Shown here piece by piece: positions 1 to 8,526 of a stretch of DNA of 54,263 nt. Origin of the DNA: a virus (lineage: Duplodnaviria > Caudoviricetes). A program made the translations under genes and the position numbers. The notes beneath the pieces were generated by a model. It was not told the DNA's origin and ran no database searches. It worked only from the letters and a program-made list of their open reading frames with translations. Position 1 is the stretch's first letter, and each line of letters begins with the position of its first letter. Location of the stretch: IMG/VR virus record IMGVR_UViG_3300043414_000482, positions 1 to 54,263 of that record, one strand, 5' to 3'.

Positions 1-46
1 TTTGGGTATATAATACATACTTGGACAGTTAATTAAAGGACTAAAA

Positions 47-319
47 ATGCGTACCCCAACTATAATTTATGGCTTGAAAAACTCTCAAAAAGTCCGTATT
101 ATTTTCAAGGGCGATGGCTCTGAAAATGATATCGGTCTGTATATGACAATCCAGCAGTTGGTATCAATGTTTGCTACCACTAATGCCCGATCTTTGGCTT
201 GGGAAGTATTAATCCAATTATCCAATATGCGTCAGGAAGCACAAAAATATAACGAACTTGTCCCATCAGGTATCGGTACTACAATTCGGGGCAAACAAAT
301 TCAACTGGACCTAGTATAA
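47..319 (+). CDS. hypothetical early protein
   Basis: ORF with AAGGA RBS, after a truncated copy of the early promoter (TATAAT at 8-13). Confidence 0.75.
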   Translation: MRTPTIIYGLKNSQKVRIIFKGDGSENDIGLYMTIQQLVSMFATTNARSLAWEVLIQLSNMRQEAQKYNELVPSGIGTTIRGKQIQLDLV

Positions 320-537
320 TGTACAATTTACTTGCAATGGTAATAGTTGCACAGGCTCCGTTGACATTCTTCCTAGGAAACTATAATGATTTACCTAGTT
401 GTCAGAATGCTATCCACGAAATCTACGCAACCAGACTAAATGTACCCGGTCAACGTAACCCAGAATTGGAGAAAGTTATCCAAATTCAGATGGATTTGAA
501 GAAGGAATTCGTCTGTATTCCGGTAAAAAAAGGTTGA
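319..537 (+). CDS. hypothetical protein
   Basis: ORF coupled to the previous stop (TAATG). Confidence 0.65.
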   Translation: MYNLLAMVIVAQAPLTFFLGNYNDLPSCQNAIHEIYATRLNVPGQRNPELEKVIQIQMDLKKEFVCIPVKKG

Positions 538-562
538 CATTAAATGGATTTGGGTATATAAT
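534..562 (+). promoter_or_regulatory. sigma70-type early promoter (repeat family)
   Basis: TTGACA-ttaaatggatttgggta(17)-TATAAT. Confidence 0.9.
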
Positions 563-595
563 ACAATCTTAGACAGTTAATTAAAGGACAAGAAA

Positions 596-913
596 ATGAC
601 AGATACAGAATTCGACACTAAATTTAACTACTACGATACCGTTCGTGAGGAGTTGGGATTGAGTGCTATTTGGTCTATCTTTGAAGTAGAAAATCTCAGC
701 GAACCCCATCCGTTCAAGGATGCTAAAATTGTTTCTTACAAGGTCTATCATGGTAAGGAATATCAGATTGAAATCAATGGTTCTACATGGGCCGCATTGT
801 TTGTTGCGGCTAATGCTGTTATTCGTGATAGCCGTGACTATCATGTTTTCATTGAAGCATTCACCCCAAATGGTAAAAACCCTGAAATCCTAGAGTTGCA
901 CACTGGTTCTTAA
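596..913 (+). CDS. hypothetical early protein
   Basis: ORF with AAGGA RBS downstream of promoter. Confidence 0.8.
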   Translation: MTDTEFDTKFNYYDTVREELGLSAIWSIFEVENLSEPHPFKDAKIVSYKVYHGKEYQIEINGSTWAALFVAANAVIRDSRDYHVFIEAFTPNGKNPEILELHTGS

Positions 914-916
914 TAG

Positions 917-945
917 TTGACAATAAATGGATTTGGGTATATAAT
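917..945 (+). promoter_or_regulatory. sigma70-type early promoter (repeat family)
   Basis: TTGACA-ataaatggatttgggta-TATAAT followed by leader AGAGTCTTAATCAGTTAA. Confidence 0.9.
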
Positions 946-978
946 AGAGTCTTAATCAGTTAACAACAGGAGTTTCAA

Positions 979-1407
979 ATGGGTACACGTTCACGAATTG
1001 GTGTTATGCATGGTGACAAGCTGAAAAGCGTTTACTGTCATTGGGATGGTTATCTATCAAACAACGGCAAGATCCTGCAAGCACACTATGATAGTGCTAA
1101 GGCAAATCATCTGGTTTCCCTAGGCGACTTGTCTAGCTTGGGTACTACTATTGGCGAAAAACATGACTTTGATACTCGCACCGATTGTTGCACTTTCTAC
1201 GGCCGTGATCGTGATGAAACAGGTGTTGACTTTACTGTGGACCAATCGTATGATGAATTTCTGAGCAAGGATTATGATTATGAATACTACTACATTATGA
1301 ACGATGGTGTGTGGTATGTTGGTGTTGCGTATAATGTTGACAACATGGTGCCCGGACAATTGTATGTCTTGGCTGAACAATTGGCTAAGGAAACAGAGGA
1401 AGTATAA
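979..1407 (+). CDS. conserved phage protein (MGTRS...YCHWDGY type)
   Basis: AGGAG RBS; recognisable N-terminal motif of a widespread phage hypothetical family. Confidence 0.8.
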   Translation: MGTRSRIGVMHGDKLKSVYCHWDGYLSNNGKILQAHYDSAKANHLVSLGDLSSLGTTIGEKHDFDTRTDCCTFYGRDRDETGVDFTVDQSYDEFLSKDYDYEYYYIMNDGVWYVGVAYNVDNMVPGQLYVLAEQLAKETEEV

Positions 1408-1616
1408 TGAACGACAGAATTAAACAACTATTGATTCAGTCAGAGGTCTTTAACAAAGACGGTACTGTTCTGAAAGATGTTACAGGATATGAACTGAATA
1501 AATTCGCCCTGTTGATTGTGCGAGAATGTGCTGAGATAAGTTCCTTTGGTCATGGGTCTATTGATAGTGAGTTGATCAAACGAGGAGTATTGGAACATTT
1601 CGGAGTTGAAGAATGA
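1407..1616 (+). CDS. small 'MNERI...KFAxLIVxECA...HFGVEE' paralog
   Basis: motif shared with four other ORFs in this window. Confidence 0.8.
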   Translation: MNDRIKQLLIQSEVFNKDGTVLKDVTGYELNKFALLIVRECAEISSFGHGSIDSELIKRGVLEHFGVEE

Positions 1617-1804
1617 ACGAACGAATTAAAGAACTTATGGCTCGGGCACGCCTTGATGTTGAAGCCTTGGAAGATATTGGTGAGATGCCAAACGCATTAA
1701 AGTTCGCCGAACTGATTGTGCGGCAATGTGCTGAGATTTGTTTGGAAGCAAACGACCATAAAAATATCTTACGATATTACGGATATTTTGGAGTTGAAGA
1801 ATAA
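1613..1804 (+). CDS. small 'MNERI...FGVEE' paralog
   Basis: same motif; ATGA overlap with previous ORF. Confidence 0.8.
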   Translation: MNERIKELMARARLDVEALEDIGEMPNALKFAELIVRQCAEICLEANDHKNILRYYGYFGVEE

Positions 1805-2130
1805 TGGAAGCCGTAGTAGAAACAACAGAATGGTCTGGAGATATTCAGCCCAATCATAAATACTTGCTTGATGGTGCAAAGGTACTTGCATACATTAAGC
1901 AAGGTTCTACTACGCCATTCTATTTCAAAACTCCATTGACAATTGACAAGCGTGGTCGTAAGTTTGCCCCACTCAAATCTAATCCTTTTAAGGTGAAAGA
2001 GAAAGCTACAGTTATCAAAGTGTCCGGTAGCAAGGGTCAGGTCTACTCTATTGACACACTAGATAAAACATGTACATGCCCGGGATATACATTCCGCGGT
2101 ACTTGCAAACATTTGTTGTCTATTAATTGA
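1804..2130 (+). CDS. SWIM zinc-finger protein
   Basis: C-terminal CTC-x8-CKH motif. Confidence 0.75.
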   Translation: MEAVVETTEWSGDIQPNHKYLLDGAKVLAYIKQGSTTPFYFKTPLTIDKRGRKFAPLKSNPFKVKEKATVIKVSGSKGQVYSIDTLDKTCTCPGYTFRGTCKHLLSIN

Positions 2131-2770
2131 CAAAAGAATAGTCAATTGTAGATTTTGGAATCGGTGATATTATAGAATTATCTACATGATTGTAAAAATG
2201 TTTTTTAGTATCATCCGGATAACCAATACCCAAAAATAATCTAGGAGTATTGGTCGTATTTAATATTTTTGCTACTTCCTGTTTATCAAAACATTCACAA
2301 AATCCTGTTTTATAACCCAACTGATTTGCTATTAAATTAAGATATCCGGATGCAATACCAATAGATGTTAGTACACTTACTAATACTATGTCTTTAAATC
2401 TGTTATATCCGTCTTTTTCTAAAATTAAATTCCCATCAGGCGCAACATGAAGTTTATTCAAAATATATTCATCTGAATAACCTTCAAACAAAACTAATAC
2501 ATTAGCAAGAACTTGTGGATTGAGTCTGCCGTCCCCAATTGTATATTTGTTGCTTTTGTCAGAATAGGTGTTGTTATATATTTGTTCAATTATATCTCTG
2601 TTTGTTATAAATTTCACAGTATAACATGCATGATTTTGTTTACTTGGGCATTGCGTTACCGCATGGATAAACGCATCCATATGACTTGGATCGATACTTT
2701 TAGTTAAGTCCCAATTGCGTTGGCAATGCTGACTAGAATCAATTGCTTGTTTTAATAATGATATGTCCAT
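2123..2770 (-). CDS. nitroreductase-family protein (probable start MDISLL at 2770)
   Basis: QRNWD, CPSKQN and GYKTGFCECF...LGIGYP motifs; ATAAATA promoter at 2791-2797 (-). Confidence 0.7.
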   Translation of the reverse strand: MDISLLKQAIDSSQHCQRNWDLTKSIDPSHMDAFIHAVTQCPSKQNHACYTVKFITNRDIIEQIYNNTYSDKSNKYTIGDGRLNPQVLANVLVLFEGYSDEYILNKLHVAPDGNLILEKDGYNRFKDIVLVSVLTSIGIASGYLNLIANQLGYKTGFCECFDKQEVAKILNTTNTPRLFLGIGYPDDTKKHFYNHVDNSIISPIPKSTIDYSFVN

Positions 2771-2813
2771 AATAGATTTCCCTTTAATCGTATTTATGCT
2801 ATAATAGCTTATT

Positions 2814-3656
2814 ATGAAAATTGCCCTTTGCTCAGATTTACACTTAGAGTTCCAAGATATCAACATTCAGAATACAGAGAATGCTGATGTATTGATATTG
2901 TCCGGAGATATACTTGTCGCCGAGGACTTGCACAACCATCCTGAAGTGCATCCAAATGATCCCGTGAACATCCATAACTTGGGTCGCAGACAATCAACTG
3001 CATTGCGTTTCCGTGACTTTATGAAACGCTGTAGTTTTCAATTCCCACATGTTGTGGTAATTGCAGGTAACCACGAATTCTATCATGGTAACTGGAAAGC
3101 AAGCATCCAGTACTTACGTGATGAATATAGTAAGTTTCCAAACATCTATTTCCTTGAGCAAGAACTTAAGGTCATTGATGATGTAACATTCATTGGTGCA
3201 ACATTATGGACTGACTGTAATAAAGGTGATCCACTTACACTTCATGCACTGGGTGATATGATGAATGATTTTAAAATCATTCGCAATGATGAACTTGGTT
3301 TTACTAAGTTGCGTCCTGCACATACTGTACATCGCCATCAAAGAACAATTAGTTATATTAAAACAGTATTGGCTGATAGAAAAGATAACAAGGTTGTTGT
3401 TGTAGGTCATCATGCGCCTACATTGAATAGCATACATGAAAAATATCGCAATGATCAATTGATGAACGGCGGTTATGCAAGTGACTTGAGTGAATTGATC
3501 TTGGATCATCCACAGATTAAACTTTGGACGCATGGTCATATGCATGATCCTTTTGACTACATGGTTGGTGAAACCCGCGTGGTTTGTAATCCTCGTGGTT
3601 ATGCAGGACATGATGAACAAGCTGATGTGTTTGAAGTAAAGTATTTGGACATCTAA
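2814..3656 (+). CDS. calcineurin-like metallophosphoesterase
   Basis: SDLH, GD, GNHE, HH and HGHxH motifs. Confidence 0.9.
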   Translation: MKIALCSDLHLEFQDINIQNTENADVLILSGDILVAEDLHNHPEVHPNDPVNIHNLGRRQSTALRFRDFMKRCSFQFPHVVVIAGNHEFYHGNWKASIQYLRDEYSKFPNIYFLEQELKVIDDVTFIGATLWTDCNKGDPLTLHALGDMMNDFKIIRNDELGFTKLRPAHTVHRHQRTISYIKTVLADRKDNKVVVVGHHAPTLNSIHEKYRNDQLMNGGYASDLSELILDHPQIKLWTHGHMHDPFDYMVGETRVVCNPRGYAGHDEQADVFEVKYLDI

Positions 3657-3758
3657 TTACAATTAGTTGCCCAATATGTATTGTACAACAGTTAGAAACA
3701 TAGTATAATTGTTGTACATCGTGAAAACGATGAAACATTTTTAATAAGGAAAAACAAA

Positions 3759-4019
3759 ATGACTTCAACTAAACAAAATCGCCTAATCGAGGCATTTCAG
3801 AAAGGTCAAGAAATGACCGCAAAGCAAATGACCCAACGTTTTGGCATTGCTAACCCAACTGCTACCGTAAGCGATTTGCGCTTGCGCGGTGGTTTGCCAA
3901 TCTACGCTAACAAGCGTACAAACAAACTCGGCGGTACTTACACTAAGTATCGTTTGGGTACTCCTAGCCGCGAAGTTATCGCAGCAGGTTACAAGGCCTT
4001 GGCACTTGGTTTAGTCTAA
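3759..4019 (+). CDS. helix-turn-helix DNA-binding protein
   Basis: MTAKQMTQRFGIANPTATVSDLR HTH pattern; AAGGA RBS. Confidence 0.65.
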   Translation: MTSTKQNRLIEAFQKGQEMTAKQMTQRFGIANPTATVSDLRLRGGLPIYANKRTNKLGGTYTKYRLGTPSREVIAAGYKALALGLV

Positions 4020-4039
4020 TCTTGTAAAGAGATAAGCAG

Positions 4040-4065
4040 GAAAGGGTGCAATGCACCCTTTCTTT
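4040..4065 (+). terminator. intrinsic terminator
   Basis: GAAAGGGTGCA-a-TGCACCCTTTC-TTT. Confidence 0.75.
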
Positions 4066-4112
4066 ACTTGTGCAAAAATCAATTTTGTGTTATAATAAAC
4101 AAAGGAAATTAT

Positions 4113-4337
4113 ATGTATATTACATTAACAAATAGTGCGCCCTCACATAAAGGGCAACGTCTAGCAATTAATAAAGATTTAATTGCTACCATTCATAATT
4201 CAGATATTACCCGTGACACGGGCGAAACAGAAAACGTTACATTCATTTTCTGCCCTCCACATGGCACTTGGGAAGTTACTGAATCATTAGAAGAAGTAGT
4301 TGGTGAACTTAACAATGCGGCATGGAACAACAAATGA
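4113..4337 (+). CDS. FlbD-like small protein (start MYITL)
   Basis: ITLT...INKDLIATI...VTESLEEV pattern; AAGGA RBS. Confidence 0.55.
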   Translation: MYITLTNSAPSHKGQRLAINKDLIATIHNSDITRDTGETENVTFIFCPPHGTWEVTESLEEVVGELNNAAWNNK

Positions 4338-4615
4338 ACGACCAAACTAGAGAAGTATTGCTAATCCTACAAGAGGAATGTGCTGAGGTAACTCAAGCAA
4401 TTAGCAAATGTTTTCGTTTTGGACCTGATCAAATGAAGCCAGGCAAAGATAGAACAAACGTCAATATGCTTGAAGAAGAAATTGGCGATTTGTTCGCTAT
4501 GGTTGAATTGCTTGTTGACTTAAAGATTGGGGTAACTCAGAACGGTATCAGTAAAGCAAAGAAACAGAAGTTTGAAAAATTGAAACAATGGTCTAATTTA
4601 AAAATTAATAAATAA
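4334..4615 (+). CDS. MazG-like NTP pyrophosphohydrolase
   Basis: QEECAEV...EEEIGDL acidic motifs. Confidence 0.75.
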   Translation: MNDQTREVLLILQEECAEVTQAISKCFRFGPDQMKPGKDRTNVNMLEEEIGDLFAMVELLVDLKIGVTQNGISKAKKQKFEKLKQWSNLKINK

Positions 4616-4619
4616 CATT

Positions 4620-4970
4620 ATGGATTACTCTCTTACTTATTTCTTGGATCTCGTTTTTGCCTTCCTATTAGGAGCGTGGGTAGCTGACAAAGTTATCTTT
4701 TATAACATCCGCAAAGCATTAGAAGAAGCCGGTGTAGATTTTGATGATGAAGAAGATAAAGTAGAAGTAATCAAAGTTAAGAAATGTTTTGTAGAAAACA
4801 TTAACGGATTGCTATATCTCTATGAACATACTACAAACAACTTCATTGGTCAAGGTAAATCATTAGATGAACTTGCTATTCTTGCTAAGGATCAAGCCAG
4901 AGTTGTAGGCGTAAGTTATAATGAAGAAGTACTTTGGTTTGTTGATGGAGAAGTTAGGACTACAATATGA
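4620..4970 (+). CDS. hypothetical membrane-anchored protein
   Basis: N-terminal hydrophobic segment. Confidence 0.7.
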   Translation: MDYSLTYFLDLVFAFLLGAWVADKVIFYNIRKALEEAGVDFDDEEDKVEVIKVKKCFVENINGLLYLYEHTTNNFIGQGKSLDELAILAKDQARVVGVSYNEEVLWFVDGEVRTTI

Positions 4971-5506
4971 AATTAAATATCGGCAAGTTTCCAAAGAAAT
5001 CTAGTGGGAAACGAAAAATTGATATTCAAATTGAAGATCACGATACATGGAATCTAGACCACACTCTAGCATTGATTATCTACCCAGCATTGCTTCAGCT
5101 TAAAGCAGTTAAGCATGGTGTACCTAGCGAATTTGCTGATGTTGGTGGCGAGAGTAATGGAACGCAAGATAGTTTTGATTTCTACCAAGAAACACATGAA
5201 GATGCTTGGAAAGATGGACTAGAACGCTGGGATGAAGCATTAGATAAAATGATTTGGTCCTTTGAGCAATTACTTAAAGGTGAATATGACGACCAATATC
5301 ATCATGGCGAAGCCGAATATGATTGGGTCAAGACTGATAAAATATTTCCCAATCCAATCACAGGTAAAGTAGAAGAAACATTTCAAATGGTGGACAAGAA
5401 TCCCACTGAACACTGGTATGATAGTGTTGGACATCTAAAGCACGAGGAACGAATCCAAGAAGGGCTTGAACTGTTCGGTAAGTATTATCGTAGCTTGTGG
5501 GATTGA
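4967..5506 (+). CDS. conserved phage hypothetical protein
   Basis: DTWNLDHTLA...EGLELFGKYYRSLWD pattern. Confidence 0.75.
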   Translation: MKLNIGKFPKKSSGKRKIDIQIEDHDTWNLDHTLALIIYPALLQLKAVKHGVPSEFADVGGESNGTQDSFDFYQETHEDAWKDGLERWDEALDKMIWSFEQLLKGEYDDQYHHGEAEYDWVKTDKIFPNPITGKVEETFQMVDKNPTEHWYDSVGHLKHEERIQEGLELFGKYYRSLWD

Positions 5507-5507
5507 T

Positions 5508-5747
5508 ATGTTTGATAGAATAGCAACGCAATTAGAATCACAGATATTAGGTAAAGAAAATAAAGACTTTTACATAACTCTGCAAGAATTTGAAGATTTT
5601 TGCAAAGGATTTTTATTTGAAGAAATCAAAGGTAATAATAAGTTAGGTAAAACATTTCTTGAAAAATATGGTCAATCAAATTATGTGCTAAGTATATTAA
5701 GCAACAAAGCCGCAACAGAACATATCAGGAAATTTTATATAAAATGA
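5508..5747 (+). CDS. hypothetical protein (start MFDRI)
   Basis: ORF in operon context. Confidence 0.6.
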   Translation: MFDRIATQLESQILGKENKDFYITLQEFEDFCKGFLFEEIKGNNKLGKTFLEKYGQSNYVLSILSNKAATEHIRKFYIK

Positions 5748-6079
5748 CACACGTAGTAACAGAGAGTTGTATTAACTGTAAGCACACAGATTGTGTGACA
5801 GTATGCCCAGTAGATTGTTTTGTTGAGGGACCAAACTTCCTAGCAATTAATCCAGATGAATGCATTGATTGTGGAGTATGTATCCCTGAATGTCCAGTAG
5901 ATGCTATCTTTGCTGAGGGTGACATCCCACAAGAAGAATTTGACAAATGGTTAGGTATTAATACTGAGTTGAGTTTACAAAAAAAATGGCCAGTAATAAC
6001 AAAAATGAAACCAGCATTGCCCGATGCCATTCAATGGGCTGAACGTAAAGATAAACTTCAATTCTTACAAAAAGAATAA
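5744..6079 (+). CDS. fdxA: 7Fe ferredoxin (FdxA type)
   Basis: [26 protein letters not shown]...[16 protein letters not shown]. Confidence 0.92.
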   Translation: MTHVVTESCINCKHTDCVTVCPVDCFVEGPNFLAINPDECIDCGVCIPECPVDAIFAEGDIPQEEFDKWLGINTELSLQKKWPVITKMKPALPDAIQWAERKDKLQFLQKE

Positions 6080-6080
6080 A

Positions 6081-6545
6081 ATGTCTAACACACTTAAGGG
6101 AAGAGATAGTTTTGATATAACTACAGGCAATACGCTTGTACCTTTCTTTAATAGAAACGTTACACCATATCCAACTGAGGCAGGTGGTGTTAAATTTGAT
6201 TTAGTTCCAGTTGAAAAACAAAAAGATATAATGCTTAATGTTGGCAGGATGCATGCCGAGCAAGAATATAATCGTATTATGGAGTTAGTTAGTGTCTTGG
6301 AAAGACAAGCACAACAAATTAAACGTAGATTAGAAATAACCGATGCGGTACATGCTGCTGAATATCAATTCCAAACATATCATGGGCAAACTTATTGGCT
6401 AGTATTTGAGAAAGAAAAACAAAAAACTATACTAGCTAAAACTGGACCAAATGGTTGGAGTAGTGGTCCCCCAGAAAGCTATGAATATATAGCAGCAGTT
6501 AAATGGTTAGGTGATCATACTTGGATAGAAACGGGTGACGTATGA
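6081..6545 (+). CDS. DUF2452-like protein (start MSNTL)
   Basis: PYPT...coiled coil...FQTYHGQTYWL...DHTW pattern. Confidence 0.6.
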   Translation: MSNTLKGRDSFDITTGNTLVPFFNRNVTPYPTEAGGVKFDLVPVEKQKDIMLNVGRMHAEQEYNRIMELVSVLERQAQQIKRRLEITDAVHAAEYQFQTYHGQTYWLVFEKEKQKTILAKTGPNGWSSGPPESYEYIAAVKWLGDHTWIETGDV

Positions 6546-7069
6546 AACAAAAATTTATTAATTATTACATGAAAGTGGCTGAACTAACTAGTACACTAAG
6601 TTATGCTAAACGATTACAAGTTGGTGCGGTAATTGTTAATGGTAATAAAATCCTTGCTACTGGATACAATGGTATGCCAAGTGGATGGGATAATAATTGC
6701 GAAAGTTTTGAGTATATGAGCATAGATGCTGGTGGCTGGTTAGATCCTGAAGAAATTTATGAACGCTGGCCTTTTGTTGAAGATGATATAGATCCTGATT
6801 TAGGTTATGCTAGACGATATCGTTTGAAAACTAAAGATGAAGTATTACATGCAGAGACCAACGCAATCGCTAAAGTGTCCGCAAGCACAGAATCTAGTGA
6901 GGGTGCTGTAATGTTTTGTACTCATGCACCATGTATCAATTGTGCTAAACTAATTTATCAAAGTGGTATCAATAGTTTATTTTACAGAGATACATACCGA
7001 GACACATCAGGAATAGAATTCCTAGAAAGTAGTGGTGTTAGTGTTACTAAATACGAAACTCAGGGCTGA
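6542..7069 (+). CDS. dCMP deaminase
   Basis: VGAVIV, GYNG, HAETNA and PCINC motifs. Confidence 0.92.
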   Translation: MKQKFINYYMKVAELTSTLSYAKRLQVGAVIVNGNKILATGYNGMPSGWDNNCESFEYMSIDAGGWLDPEEIYERWPFVEDDIDPDLGYARRYRLKTKDEVLHAETNAIAKVSASTESSEGAVMFCTHAPCINCAKLIYQSGINSLFYRDTYRDTSGIEFLESSGVSVTKYETQG

Positions 7070-7241
7070 AATCATTATTGATTATGGCAAACTAAGACCA
7101 ATGATAGGTTGGCTAGAAAGAAATTGTGTTGGGAAATGGGGTTATACTTGCTTAGTACCAGCCGGACGTGATGGTGGCATGTATGAATTTTACTTTGAAG
7201 AAGAACGGGACTACATGGCTTTTGTAGTTTGGAAACAATGA
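7032..7241 (+). CDS. hypothetical protein
   Basis: ORF only; start uncertain. Confidence 0.5.
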   Translation: MVLVLLNTKLRAEIIIDYGKLRPMIGWLERNCVGKWGYTCLVPAGRDGGMYEFYFEEERDYMAFVVWKQ

Positions 7242-7483
7242 AATACTATATTTTTTACCGAGAAAATAATAACTTTGACGATATTATATCCGATAATATC
7301 GTTAAGAAGTTTGCTCAAACTAAAATCAAATGGTATCAATATTTTATGATTGGTATGCGTAAAGACGGCAATGACCAAAACTTCAGTATGCTTACATTGA
7401 AGTATGGGGAAGATATGGTCAACAATCTAACTAAAGATTTTACTCCTATCCCCGGAGTAGATTACATCCCCAAAAAACGTTAA
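7238..7483 (+). CDS. hypothetical protein
   Basis: ORF with ATGA overlap. Confidence 0.6.
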   Translation: MKYYIFYRENNNFDDIISDNIVKKFAQTKIKWYQYFMIGMRKDGNDQNFSMLTLKYGEDMVNNLTKDFTPIPGVDYIPKKR

Positions 7484-8214
7484 TGTAGTTTAGATACCAT
7501 GTATGCTTCTGGTATACGTGTTTTAGTATTCTTGCTACCCAATAGAACTACGGTTCTAACTCCTTGATCTCCGTTTAACATCATAACGATACAACCACCG
7601 CTGTCACGGATCCATCCTGTTTTGCTTACTATAAAATCAATACCTTTACCAACTAAAGTATTTGTATTGTGAAATATAGCAAACTTCTTCTTATTGATTT
7701 GCCATTGAATGGACGATGTGTTGCTAGCATTAACAATTGTTGGGTAATTCTTTGCTGCCATTACTAACTTAATTAAATCTTCTGCGGTGCTTACGTTTGT
7801 ATTCAGTAGACCAGTTGGGTCAGTAAAATTACTACTATACATTCCCAATGAATTAGATTTATTATTCATTGCTTCAACGCATTTAAGAATACCACCGGGG
7901 TAGTATTCACATAACATTTTAGCAGCATTGTTATCTGATTTAACAATAGCTAGGTTAAGTAATTCTTGTCTAGTAAATGTTCTGTTATATAATTTCTTTG
8001 GAATTTTTTCAGATAGTGATTGTCCGCTATCTAATACGACCATACTTGTCATTAATTTTGTGATGCTAGCGATAGAACGAACATCAGTAGTATGTGAACC
8101 TTCTAGTATAATTCCATTATCATCGGCAACTAGCCAGGCTTGTGCCGTTAATGAGGGTTGTGCAATTGCACATAATGAAGTAGATAATAATAGTGTTAGT
8201 ATAGTTTTTTTCAA
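7480..8214 (-). CDS. D-Ala-D-Ala peptidase, family S11 (PBP7/PbpG-like), with signal peptide
   Basis: SITK (SxxK), SDN and KTG catalytic motifs; N-terminal signal peptide. Confidence 0.9.
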   Translation of the reverse strand: MKKTILTLLLSTSLCAIAQPSLTAQAWLVADDNGIILEGSHTTDVRSIASITKLMTSMVVLDSGQSLSEKIPKKLYNRTFTRQELLNLAIVKSDNNAAKMLCEYYPGGILKCVEAMNNKSNSLGMYSSNFTDPTGLLNTNVSTAEDLIKLVMAAKNYPTIVNASNTSSIQWQINKKKFAIFHNTNTLVGKGIDFIVSKTGWIRDSGGCIVMMLNGDQGVRTVVLLGSKNTKTRIPEAYMVSKLH

Positions 8215-8525
8215 AGCATTGTTTCTTTTTTATATGGTACTAATTCAAACGTTGTTCCTGCCCCAATTATACAACTGACAGATTGTTTGGTAGCAGTTAT
8301 TGTCCAAGATTTATTTCTTGGGCTTACCCAAACTGACATAGTAGAATGTGCTTTATCATTAGTCATTCCCAAAGCAATTGGATATTCGTAATATGTTTCT
8401 TTTAGAGTTTTGAATAATGTATCAGTATCATAACACGTTATCTCCGTAGTTACAACTTCTTCGGGACTTTTTGCCTGTGCAGCAAGTAAAGTTAAACTTA
8501 ATAAAAGAATGGGTAAGTATTTCAT
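8211..8525 (-). CDS. hypothetical secreted protein
   Basis: signal peptide; two Cys. Confidence 0.7.
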   Translation of the reverse strand: MKYLPILLLSLTLLAAQAKSPEEVVTTEITCYDTDTLFKTLKETYYEYPIALGMTNDKAHSTMSVWVSPRNKSWTITATKQSVSCIIGAGTTFELVPYKKETML

Positions 8526-8526
8526 A

